Assembly: GCA_964568625.1 (NCBI GenBank)
Contig: CAZMQG010000004.1
Span: 16,289-80,288, forward strand
Direction: 5' to 3'
From: an uncultured Pseudomonadota bacterium
GTDB taxonomy: Bacteria; Babelota; Babeliae; Babelales; RVW-14
DNA: 64,000 nucleotides
Both the position numbers and the translations under genes were made by a program. Below, piece by piece: positions 17,983-26,804 of the stretch. The notes below the pieces were generated by a model. It ran no database searches. It worked only from the letters and a program-made list of their open reading frames with translations, and was not told the DNA's origin. The first letter of the stretch is position 1, and each line of letters opens with the position of its first letter.

Positions 17983-19035
17983 ATGAATTATTTGTATTGG
18001 AAAAATAAAAATGTCTTTATTTCGGGCTCTACCGGATTACTTGGTCCATATTTAGTTAAAGAGCTTTTAAGACAAGAGGCAAATGTTTTTGCCCTTGTTC
18101 GTGATTTTGTTCCCAATTCACAATTTTTTTCAGATGGTCTTGATAAAAAAGTTAATGTTATTATTGGTGACTTACTCGATCCAACTCTTTTGCAAAGAGT
18201 TTTAAACGAATTTGATATTAATACAGTTTTCCATCTGGGTGCGCAGGCCATTGTTGGAACGGCAAATAGATCTCCAATTTCAACGTTCAGATCCAATATC
18301 GAAGGTTCGTGGAATTTACTTGAGGCTTGCAGATTGTCACCATGGGTAAAAAAAATAGTTGTTGCATCAAGTGATAAAGCATATGGTGCGCAGGAAAACT
18401 TACCATATAAAGAAGATGCTCCGATGCAAGGGCGTCATCCATATGATGTCTCAAAAAGTTGTACCGATTTACTAGCTCAGTCGTACTTTCATACCTACAA
18501 ACTTCCGGTATGCGTAACGCGTTGCGGAAATTTTTTCGGTGGTGGAGATCTTCATTTTAATCGAATTATTCCCGGTACGATCCAAAGTGTTTTAAATGGT
18601 CAACGCCCAGTAATCAGATCCAATGGTCTTTTTGTGCGTGATTATATTTACGTAAAAGATGTGGTTGATGCCTATTTAACATTGGCTCAAGCAATGGATG
18701 ATGAAAAAATTATTGGCCAGTGTTTTAATTTCAGTACGGACACCCCATTTAATGTAATTCAACTTGTGGATTTAATTTTGGAACAAATGCATTCAGTCCA
18801 CCTGACCCCAATAATTCAAAATCAGGCATCCAATGAAATTCCTGAACAACATTTGTGTTCGGAAAAAGCTAGAAGTATTTTAGGTTGGCAGGCAAAGTGT
18901 GGCGTAAAATCAGGTTTATTTGAAACTATTGAATGGTATAAAAATTTTCTTGAGAATAAAGGCGATAATAGAACTTTAAGCTCTCTTGAAAATAGTGCTC
19001 CGCTTGAATATGATTTTGAAACAGAGCAGATTTAG
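17983..19035 (+). CDS. rfbG: NAD-dependent sugar dehydratase, most likely CDP-glucose 4,6-dehydratase
   Basis: ISGSTGLLGPYL (GxxGxxG), HPYDVSKSCTDLLAQSY (YxxxK), RCGNFFGGGDLHFNRIIPG as in CDP-glucose 4,6-dehydratases. It lies directly downstream of rfbF. Confidence 0.72.
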   Translation: MNYLYWKNKNVFISGSTGLLGPYLVKELLRQEANVFALVRDFVPNSQFFSDGLDKKVNVIIGDLLDPTLLQRVLNEFDINTVFHLGAQAIVGTANRSPISTFRSNIEGSWNLLEACRLSPWVKKIVVASSDKAYGAQENLPYKEDAPMQGRHPYDVSKSCTDLLAQSYFHTYKLPVCVTRCGNFFGGGDLHFNRIIPGTIQSVLNGQRPVIRSNGLFVRDYIYVKDVVDAYLTLAQAMDDEKIIGQCFNFSTDTPFNVIQLVDLILEQMHSVHLTPIIQNQASNEIPEQHLCSEKARSILGWQAKCGVKSGLFETIEWYKNFLENKGDNRTLSSLENSAPLEYDFETEQI

Positions 19036-19036
19036 C

Positions 19037-19972
19037 ATGAAAAAAATATCAATAGTAGTTGCATGTTACAATGAGTTCTTAAATATCGAACCGATGCATA
19101 CTCGCATTCAAGGTGTTTTTGGAAATTTGAATTATGAATATGAGCTAATTTTTGTTGATAATGCCAGTATTGACTGTTCTTACCAAATTTATCGCAAAAT
19201 TATAGACGAAGATAAAAACGTTAAAACAATTATTATGTCCCGCAATTTTGGATCATCACAACCAAGCTTTTTTGCCGGGTTGCAACATTCAACAGGTGAT
19301 GCTGTTGTTATGATTGATGGTGATTTGCAAGATCCACCGGAGGTTATTCCGGATTTAATACAGAAGTGGGAACAGGGATTTGATGTTGTTTATGCCGTAC
19401 GTAAAAAACGCAAGGGCAGTCTTTTACGTAGAATGGGTTACAAGTGTTTTTATCGTATTTTCCGTTGGCTCTCTTATCTGAACATCCCGCTTGATGCCGG
19501 TGATTTTAGTTTAATGGATCGTCGTGTTGTTAACGTAATAAAAAAACTTAATGAAAAAGATTTGTATCTTCGTGGGCTGCGTTCTTGGGCAGGCTTTAAA
19601 CAGACAGGTGTTGAGTATGTTCGCCAAGAAAGAGAGGGTGGAAAAACCAGTAACAGTTTCTTGGCAAATTTTAATTGGGCAAAAAAAGCTATTACAAATT
19701 TTTCTTATAAACCATTGGAATTTATCTCCAAGCTTGCTGTTTTTGCAATGTTCATGACTTTTATTGCAGCAATTTTTTATCTTTATCTTTATTTTAAAAC
19801 AGACGCTCCACGTGGTTTTTCTACGCTTTTGATGGTTATGTTTATATTTGGAACTATTCAACTTTTGGCGTTAAGTATTATTGCGGAATATTTGGTTAGA
19901 ATTTTTCAAGAAGTTAAAAACAGGCCTCCATACGTTATTTCTGAGATTTTGGAAAAAAAGGAAAAGCTGTGA
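19037..19972 (+). CDS. Family 2 glycosyltransferase, polyprenyl-phosphate sugar synthase type (GtrB/ArnC/DPM1-like)
   Basis: Start trimmed to MKKISIVVACYNE. VDNASIDCS, IMSRNFG, VMIDGDLQDPPEVI (DxD), and two C-terminal TM helices (LAVFAMFMTFIAAIFYLYLYF, LLMVMFIFGTIQLLALSIIAEY). Confidence 0.85.
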   Translation: MKKISIVVACYNEFLNIEPMHTRIQGVFGNLNYEYELIFVDNASIDCSYQIYRKIIDEDKNVKTIIMSRNFGSSQPSFFAGLQHSTGDAVVMIDGDLQDPPEVIPDLIQKWEQGFDVVYAVRKKRKGSLLRRMGYKCFYRIFRWLSYLNIPLDAGDFSLMDRRVVNVIKKLNEKDLYLRGLRSWAGFKQTGVEYVRQEREGGKTSNSFLANFNWAKKAITNFSYKPLEFISKLAVFAMFMTFIAAIFYLYLYFKTDAPRGFSTLLMVMFIFGTIQLLALSIIAEYLVRIFQEVKNRPPYVISEILEKKEKL

Positions 19973-21024
19973 AAAAATATTTGATCACAGGCGGCGCTGG
20001 CTTTATTGGTGCAAATTTAGTTCGAGAGTTATTAAAAAAACAGGATAAAAATATTTTTTTAATAGTAGAAAAAAACACGGATCTTTGGCGGTTGCAAGAT
20101 GTTTTAGAGTACATAAATTTTATTGATGCTGATTTAACAAACTATGAGCAGTTAGCCAATCAAATAAAAATTGTTAAACCGGATGTGATTTTTCATCTTG
20201 CTGCATTTGGAGGGCTTCCAAATCAACTGAACCAGAAGTTGATTTTTGACGTTAATTTTTATGGAACGGTAAATTTGCTTAATGCATGCAAACAGGTTGG
20301 ATTTGACTGCTTTATTAATACAGGCAGTTCTTCTGAATATGGTTTTAAAGATCAGCCAATGCGTGAAGATAATGTTTTACATCCAGTCAGTGATTATGGG
20401 GTTGCAAAGGCTGCAGCAACTCAATTTTGTTTAAAAGAGGCTTTATTTAATGAGTTACCTGTTTATACGGTCAGACCATTTGCCGTTTACGGTGATTTTG
20501 AAATGCTCGGGCGCTTGATTCCATCAATCATTGTTAATGCTTTGCAAGATAAGCAGATCAATTTGTCATCGCCGAATTTTGTTCGTGATTTTATTTATGT
20601 AAAAGACTTTGTTGATTTTTGCATTCAATTATCTGTGATACAACCGGATCAAGAATTTGTTTTTAATGTGGGAACTGGAGTTCAATCAACAATAAAATAT
20701 GTGGTAAAAACTGTTCAGGAAATAGTTCAGCGGCCGCTTGATATCTGTTGGGGGGCAAGCGTTGCAAGACCATGGGAGCCAAAAGTTTGGCAAGCAAATA
20801 TTGATAGAGCAAAAAAGCTTCTTGGATGGACTCCAAAATATTTGTTAAAAGACGGCTTAACTGAATCGCTCAAGTGGTTTGAAAAAAATATTAATTTTTA
20901 TTCGCCGTCGCCAGAAAACCATATAGCCTACCAATCCGGGGATAAAAAGCGCGGCATGCCTGTCGAATCCTTGGCGAAGACAGGCGAACCCGGCGTAGCT
21001 TTTCAAAAGCGTAGTCGGGTGTAA
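19969..21024 (+). CDS. NAD-dependent epimerase/dehydratase (SDR) family sugar-nucleotide enzyme
   Basis: The GTG start overlaps the upstream stop (GTGA). ITGGAGFIGANLVREL, SDYGVAKAAA (YxxxK). The last 40 or so codons (SPSPENHIAYQSGDKKRGMPVESLAKTGEPGVAFQKRSRV) are read from a GC-rich repeat module. Confidence 0.8.
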   Translation: MKKYLITGGAGFIGANLVRELLKKQDKNIFLIVEKNTDLWRLQDVLEYINFIDADLTNYEQLANQIKIVKPDVIFHLAAFGGLPNQLNQKLIFDVNFYGTVNLLNACKQVGFDCFINTGSSSEYGFKDQPMREDNVLHPVSDYGVAKAAATQFCLKEALFNELPVYTVRPFAVYGDFEMLGRLIPSIIVNALQDKQINLSSPNFVRDFIYVKDFVDFCIQLSVIQPDQEFVFNVGTGVQSTIKYVVKTVQEIVQRPLDICWGASVARPWEPKVWQANIDRAKKLLGWTPKYLLKDGLTESLKWFEKNINFYSPSPENHIAYQSGDKKRGMPVESLAKTGEPGVAFQKRSRV

Positions 21025-21085
21025 CAAGTTACGAAAGAAAAAGTGAATCAAATATTCTGGATCACGGCCTCCGCCGGGAAGACCA
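20902..21085. repeat. GC-rich palindromic repeat module (copy E2) at a gene junction
   Basis: GC-rich block containing gccgtcgcc, ccatatagcc (inverted relative of ggctatgg) and the hairpin gcctgtc...gacaggc (20958-20985). It supplies the 3' end of the SDR ORF and the predicted 5' end of the transketolase N-subunit ORF. Confidence 0.65.
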
Positions 21086-21885
21086 ATTTGCAAGATCAGG
21101 CAAAGCAGATCAGGTTAACAATTCTTGAAATGGTAAATGCTGCCAAGTGCTCGCACGTTGGTTCGGCGTTTTCTATTGTTGATATAATGACTGTGCTTTT
21201 TCATAAATTCATAAATACAGAATTAATTAAGCAAAAAAGTAAGAATCGTGATTATTTTATTTTGAGCAAAGGGCATGCTTGTGCGGCTCTTTATGCAACT
21301 CTTTCCAGTGTTGGGCTGATTCATCCTGACGAATTAAAAAATTATTACACAGATGGAAGTAAGCTTGCGGGCCATCCAATTAAAGACAGTTTTCCGGGGA
21401 TTGAGGCTAGTACCGGATCTCTTGGCCATGGTTTGTCTTTAGCTGTTGGCTTGGCGATTGCTTGTAAAAACGACCAAATAAAAAACAAAATTTATGTGCT
21501 TCTTGGTGATGGGGAGTGTCAGGAGGGTTCTGTTTGGGAAGCCGTTATGATGGCGGTTCGTTTCAAGCTTGATAATCTTGTTTTGATTGTCGACAATAAT
21601 AATTTACAGGCTTTAGATAGAACAAGTGATGTAGCTTTTGGATCTTGGCACGAAAAATTTACAGGATTTGGGTGTAACTGTATGTGTGTTGATGGTCATA
21701 ACTTTGACCAATTAACTGAGGTCTTGCAAAAGACAGGCAACGCACATGGTCCCGATGTTATTATTGCTAATACTATCAAAGGCAAGGGCGTGAGTTTTAT
21801 GCAAGACAGGCTTGAATGGCATTACAAGTCACCAAACTTGCAAGAGTATGAAATGGCGAAAAAAGAAATTTTAGAACAAATATGA
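21043..21885 (+). CDS. Transketolase, N-terminal (ThDP pyrophosphate-binding) subunit
   Basis: CSHVGSAFSIVDIM, LSKGHACAALYA, GSLGHGLSLAVGLA, LLGDGECQEGSVWEA. The start is uncertain (GTG 21043 lies inside the repeat module). Confidence 0.88.
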   Translation: MNQIFWITASAGKTNLQDQAKQIRLTILEMVNAAKCSHVGSAFSIVDIMTVLFHKFINTELIKQKSKNRDYFILSKGHACAALYATLSSVGLIHPDELKNYYTDGSKLAGHPIKDSFPGIEASTGSLGHGLSLAVGLAIACKNDQIKNKIYVLLGDGECQEGSVWEAVMMAVRFKLDNLVLIVDNNNLQALDRTSDVAFGSWHEKFTGFGCNCMCVDGHNFDQLTEVLQKTGNAHGPDVIIANTIKGKGVSFMQDRLEWHYKSPNLQEYEMAKKEILEQI

Positions 21886-22862
21886 GAAAATTATTTATTC
21901 AAAAATTAGTTGAGTTTGCCGGAATTGATACTGATATCTACCTGATTGCAGGGGATTTGGGATTTTCTGTTATAGAGCCGTTTAAAGAAACATTTCCTGA
22001 TAGATTTATTAATGCCGGAATATCGGAACAAAATATGATTGGTGTTGCAGCCGGACTTGCACTTGCAGGTAAAAAAGTTTTTGTTTATTCGATAATTCCG
22101 TTTGTTACAATGCGTTGCTTTGAACAGATTCGGGTTGATCTTTGTTATCAAAATTTACCTGTCTTCATGGTGGGAGTTGGCGCTGGGTTTGCTTATGGTG
22201 CCATGGGCTCAACGCATCACGCAATCGAAGATGTTGCGATTATGCGTGCATTACCAAATATGACAGTAGTGGTTCCCGGAAGTAACTTTGAGCTGTCAAG
22301 CTTACTTGAGCAAATTAACGACTTGCGTAGCCCAGCTTATATCCGTTTATCAAAAAACGAAGAAAAGATTTTGTATCCGAGCAGATATAACTCTAAATCC
22401 AGTATCAAATTGGGGAAAGCTATAGAGTTAACGTCAAGCGACAAAAATTTGATTCTGGCTTCAGGGGATATTTTAAGTATTGCATTTGATGTGTGTAAAA
22501 AGTTAAGAGATCTTGGCATAGATATTGGTCTTTTTAGTGTTCCTACAATTAAGCCATTAGATTTTGATTTTATTACATTGCGATGCAACTCTTTAGACTC
22601 TATTTTTACAATCGAAGATCACAGCATTATTGGTGGATTGGGAGAAGTTGTGGCAATGCATCTTTGCCAAAATATTGAGAAGAAAATTTTATTTAAAGCC
22701 TTTGCCTTGCCCGACCGGTACTGTCATGAGATTGGATCTAGAGATTATTTGCGAAACAAAGCTGGTTTGAGTGCAAGGAATATTCTCAGTGAGATTTTAG
22801 AAAAAATTAAATTTAATGAAAGAGTTTTTAATGAAGTTGGATTCAATAAAAAATTGTTTTAA
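21882..22862 (+). CDS. Transketolase, C-terminal (pyrimidine-binding) subunit
   Basis: ATGA overlap with the N-subunit. FINAGISEQNMIGVAAGLALAGK, GSTHHAIEDVAIMRALPNM, IEDHSIIGGLG. Confidence 0.88.
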   Translation: MRKLFIQKLVEFAGIDTDIYLIAGDLGFSVIEPFKETFPDRFINAGISEQNMIGVAAGLALAGKKVFVYSIIPFVTMRCFEQIRVDLCYQNLPVFMVGVGAGFAYGAMGSTHHAIEDVAIMRALPNMTVVVPGSNFELSSLLEQINDLRSPAYIRLSKNEEKILYPSRYNSKSSIKLGKAIELTSSDKNLILASGDILSIAFDVCKKLRDLGIDIGLFSVPTIKPLDFDFITLRCNSLDSIFTIEDHSIIGGLGEVVAMHLCQNIEKKILFKAFALPDRYCHEIGSRDYLRNKAGLSARNILSEILEKIKFNERVFNEVGFNKKLF

Positions 22863-24542
22863 AAAACACCAAAAATTTTGGCTTTCACTTTTAATTTTTG
22901 CCTTAATTTTCATCTTGCTTGGATTACCGTTTTATAACTGGGGATTCATGAATGATGATTTTGGTGTGGTTTTTCACTCGAAAGTAAAAAATTTAAAAGA
23001 TATTTTGAGATTTTTTATAGAGGGTCATTCGGGAGATTCTTTGCAACCATCGAATTTTGTTCCAGCAGAAAAAACTTTTTTTCAGTTTACTATCGCCCTG
23101 TTGCATTTGTGTTGCATTCAATTGTTACTGCCATTTGCGGATTTAATCCATACGGACATTATCTTGCATTTACCTTATTTCATGCATTAAATTCTGTTTT
23201 AGTTTTTAACTTTTTTTGTTTCTTTTTTAATATTAATTTGGCTTTTTTAGGTGCCATGTTTTTTGCATTTCATCCGAGTTTGTGTTCGTGGTTTGGGTGG
23301 ATTGCAGGTTTCCAGCAGGTTGTTAATTTTACTTTTATTGCGCTGATTGTGATTTTATTCAAAAAGTATCTGGATTTGCAAAGAGATAGTTTACTTTTGC
23401 GTTGTGTTTACTACTTATCTTCAATTTTTATATTTTTAGTAGCGTTGTTCACTCGAGAGACTGTGATATTTTTCCCAGCAGTGATATTACTTTGGACATT
23501 TGTGTATAAGAAATACCGCAAGCACGGCGAGATCTGCAAGTGTAGCATGCAGAGTACTTGCTCTTCGATCTGTCTTTTTTTTAAAAGCATTTTAACTGTT
23601 AGTGGCTTTATTTTTGTCAGTATTTTTTATTTTTTGTTCAGGTTGCATCTCTTTCCATTTAAGCTTGATTCATCTGAACCCTCACAGCTTCTCAGCTTTT
23701 TTACAAACTTAAGTTCAAGATTTTTTGATCTAGTTACTTTTGTGTCTGATCTGGCTGGTTTATCGTTTTTGCCCAATGGGCACCAGGTATTGAAGGGTTC
23801 TTTAATAATTTGTATATTTAGTTTTTTAATATTTTTATTCATAAAAAGTCGCGAGAAAAAACTTATACTATTTTTGCTTGTTCTCTCTGCAATTCTTATG
23901 TGGCCTGCTATTGCCAGATACTATTCTAGTCGATATTTATACAAAGCTTTGCCTCTTTTTATCTTTATTTTTTTAATTTTTATAAGAGATTTTTGTCGGT
24001 ATAAATCTGTCTTAGCATTCAAAAGAATTATGATATTTACATGTCTTTGGGTTGTGTTTAATATGTTTTTCTTGTTTATAGTTCTAAAAAATTATGAAAA
24101 TCTTTATCATAAAATTCACGTTGCATTTGATGAATTGTGCATGGATGAAAGAGTGTAACAAAGACCTCTTTGTTTAGTAGGGATTCCATATGGATTTTTC
24201 CCAACCGGTGCAGCTCAGGCCATATGGATGAGAGGTGTTAGTATGGATCATCCAATTTATTACGACAGAAGGACTTTTGGATTTAGCCATTTACCGGTCT
24301 ATGAGAATCTTATTAAAGTTATTCCGGCGGAAAATGGTTTTAAGATTATTTGTACAGATTTGAATAAACTTACACTGTCCTGTGTTGGACAAGCAAAAGA
24401 GTCTGATCTGGGTGATTTTGTCTCTGAGAATAAAAATAATAATTACTCAGAAACTAATTTTGTTTTTTACAAAAAGTATAGCGATCAGAAACTTTTGCTT
24501 ATAACATGGGATTATCAAGATACCAAATTTATAATTTTATAA
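22816..24542 (+). pseudogene. GT-C fold membrane glycosyltransferase (ArnT/PMT_2-like), disrupted by one frameshift and one in-frame stop
   Basis: Three ORF pieces: 22816-23190, 23109-24158 and 24228-24542. Adding one T to the T7 run at 23076-23082 joins ...PAEKTFF to SVYYRPVAFVLHSIVTAICGFNPYGHYLAFTLFHALNSVLVF, the typical GT-C loop-1 region. Pieces 2 and 3 are in the same frame, separated only by TAA at 24156-24158. The sequence is multi-pass hydrophobic throughout. Confidence 0.7.
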
Positions 24543-24550
24543 ACCTACTA

Positions 24551-24808
24551 CTTGTCGCACCGGCGCAGGCCGGTGTCCAGATTTAACGTCAGTTCGATAA
24601 CTAGAAAAAGGGCTGAATCTGCCTAAAGCGACTTTCGATTAGAGATTTGTCATCCTGAATTTATTTCAGGATCCATGGATTAGTTTTTCCTAATATCGAA
24701 TTACAAAATTTTGAATTAATTTATCCATGGATTCCAGCCTTCGCCCTCGTTGCACTCGTGGCTATGGCGGACGGGGCTGAAACTAGTTCAGCATGACACT
24801 GCGGGGTC
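24551..24808. repeat. Composite GC-rich palindromic repeat island (copy E3)
   Basis: Modules: caccggc-gcag-gccggtg (24551-24580 region), atcctgaa-tttat-ttcaggat (24652-24672), 11-bp direct repeat atccatggatt (24671 and 24723), gtggctatggcgg, and gctgaa-actag-ttcagc (24775-24791). Confidence 0.7.
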
Positions 24809-24868
24809 AAAGCGCTTTCCAATTTGTTGCGAACTTAATTTTAAATTCTCGAACTCGCGTTAATTTAC

Positions 24869-25585
24869 TTATAAATTTAGTTTGCTTAATTGTTTTTTAA
24901 TATCCTCAGGGATCTTGGCATTAGCTTCAAGAAGAAGTTCAATAATTTTTATATGCCCCAATTTTATTGCTATGTGCATAGCTGTTTGATTAAATCCATC
25001 TGTTGCATTTACATCTGCTCCATTTGCGATAAGCGTTTTTACAATATTTGTCAGGCCCCATGTGGTTGCTATGTGTAAAGGTGTTTCTCCACAGAGATCT
25101 TTGCTGTTTGAATCTGCTCCCAAATTTAAGATTGTTGTAGCTATATCAGGTAAATTTTTTGATAAAGATATGTGTAATGGGCTTCTTCCAAGTGAGTCCT
25201 GCGATTTTAAATCTGCTCCGGCGGTTATTAAAATTTCTGCTGCTTTAATTTTATTATCTTCCAGTGCCTTGTGCAGGGGGGTAGATTTATTTTCCTGTTT
25301 TTGATTTATATTTGCACCATTTTGGATTAGTAATATTAAATCGTCTATTGCATCATTATCTAATGCAGTGAAAATGTCTTTGTATTTAGGATTTTTTATA
25401 GGGTTTACAACTACAGGATCTATAATGACTACTGGGACAGGATCTATAACGATAGGATCAGCTTTGGGTTTTTTTTGATTTGCGATTTCTGTTTGGGTGT
25501 CTTTTCCATTCTCTTCAGTTACTCTTGCTTGTATACGAGTGCCAAATGAAATAGCGATGAATAAAATTATTAGAAAATACTTCAT
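24869..25585 (-). CDS. Ankyrin-repeat protein with signal peptide
   Basis: AAAAGGAG upstream. Leader MKYFLIILFIAISFGTRIQA. ANK repeats such as STPLHKALEDNKIKAAEILITAGADL, RSPLHISL, ETPLHIATTWGLTNIVKTLIANGADVN, QTAMHIAIKLGH. Confidence 0.9.
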   Translation of the reverse strand: MKYFLIILFIAISFGTRIQARVTEENGKDTQTEIANQKKPKADPIVIDPVPVVIIDPVVVNPIKNPKYKDIFTALDNDAIDDLILLIQNGANINQKQENKSTPLHKALEDNKIKAAEILITAGADLKSQDSLGRSPLHISLSKNLPDIATTILNLGADSNSKDLCGETPLHIATTWGLTNIVKTLIANGADVNATDGFNQTAMHIAIKLGHIKIIELLLEANAKIPEDIKKQLSKLNL

Positions 25586-25751
25586 AATTTCTCCTTTTTT
25601 ACCAATTTCTTAAAACATAACACTTTTATTTTACTAGTGTAATTTATTTTTTTTATTTTTTAAATTTATATGAAATTAAGACTGGAAAATATTATTAAAA
25701 AATTTACAATCTTATACATGTCGGTTTATATTTTTTTTAAGGAGATTTTTG

Positions 25752-26231
25752 ATGAAAAAGATGGTTTTGGCTTATGTATGTGTTGCATGTGCATTATTGG
25801 GTGGTTGCTCTCAGCCTCCAGTAAAAACAACAGAGGATACTAACGTGGCGGATAAAAAAGAGACGGAAAAAATGGTAAGTTTGCCTTCAGGGCTCAAGTT
25901 TGAAGTTTTAAAAGTTGCTCCTGATGATGCAAAAAAACCGGTAAATGGTAAAACTGTTACAGTTCATTACACCGGCTGGCTTGAAGAAAATGGAAAAGAG
26001 GGAAGAAAGTTTGATAGCAGCGTTGATCGCAACCAAGCTTTTTCATTCCGTGTCGGAGTTGGTCAGGTTATTAAGGGCTGGGATGAAGGCGTTTTGGATA
26101 TGAAGGTTGGCGAAAAACGTCGTTTGGTAATTCCACCACAACTTGCTTATGGTGATTCAGGCGCAGGAAATGTTATTCCCGGCGGCGCAACATTGCTTTT
26201 TGATGTTGAGTTGCTTGAAGTAGAAGAATAA
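25752..26231 (+). CDS. FKBP-type peptidyl-prolyl cis-trans isomerase, lipoprotein
   Basis: AAGGAG upstream of the ATG. Lipobox ALLGGCS. FKBP core VTVHYTGWL, KFDSSVDRNQAFSFRVGVGQVIKGWDEGVLDMKVGEKRRLVIPPQLAYG, ATLLFDVELLEV. Confidence 0.92.
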   Translation: MKKMVLAYVCVACALLGGCSQPPVKTTEDTNVADKKETEKMVSLPSGLKFEVLKVAPDDAKKPVNGKTVTVHYTGWLEENGKEGRKFDSSVDRNQAFSFRVGVGQVIKGWDEGVLDMKVGEKRRLVIPPQLAYGDSGAGNVIPGGATLLFDVELLEVEE

Positions 26232-26255
26232 TCTTAGATAGAAGCTTAAAATTTT

Positions 26256-26291
26256 GAGGGGCGAGATTTTGTTAGTCTCGCCTCTTTTTTT
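26256..26291 (+). terminator. Rho-independent terminator
   Basis: gaggggcgaga...tctcgcctc hairpin (one bulge) followed by a T7 run. Confidence 0.8.
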
Positions 26292-26333
26292 CCCATATAA
26301 CATAAAGAGTTAATAATTTAAAATAAAGGTTAG

Positions 26334-26804
26334 ATGATGCAAAAAATAAAAAAAGCATTGATAGTATTAGCTATTTTAGGTTTAACTTTGTCCGCTGATG
26401 CTATGAAAAGAACAGCCGAAGATGTGGGTGCTTCGGGAGGGAATCCTTTTGATAAGCATCCTATGAGGCAAGAAGAAATTGATGTGCCGGAATTTTCACT
26501 TAGCATTCCAGTAGCGCAGCTTAAATTAAAATTAACTCAAGATATATTAGTTAATTGGCCATTAAATACACCCGAAAAAGTGATTATGGCAATTAACTAT
26601 TTATTGAAAATGGGTCCATCATTAACAAAGTTGATGATTAAAGATATTTTATTAAAAGCATGGGTGCAAGTTGATTCAACTAAAGAATGGGGTGAAGTTA
26701 TAGATAGAGAGGTTATTCAGCGGGGAAATCGTGATTGTGCTGATATTTTAATAGATTTGTATGTGGAATCCCAAAAAATTGTTCCATTGGTTTTACTAAG
26801 ATAA
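26334..26804 (+). CDS. Hypothetical secreted protein
   Basis: 156-aa ORF. Signal peptide MMQKIKKALIVLAILGLTLSADA. No recognisable family. Confidence 0.55.
   Translation: MMQKIKKALIVLAILGLTLSADAMKRTAEDVGASGGNPFDKHPMRQEEIDVPEFSLSIPVAQLKLKLTQDILVNWPLNTPEKVIMAINYLLKMGPSLTKLMIKDILLKAWVQVDSTKEWGEVIDREVIQRGNRDCADILIDLYVESQKIVPLVLLR

Noticed and set aside
17814-18296. ORFs 17814-18008 (+) and 17988-18296 (-) overlapping the rfbF/rfbG junction.
   Set aside because: They are out of frame or antisense to two motif-supported genes, and no RBS is present.
24156-24158. The in-frame TAA in the GT-C gene might indicate stop-codon reassignment or programmed readthrough.
   Set aside because: TAA terminates many well-defined genes in this window at the expected protein ends (e.g. 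gyrA, rfbF, rny). The same gene also carries a frameshift, so pseudogenisation or error is more parsimonious.
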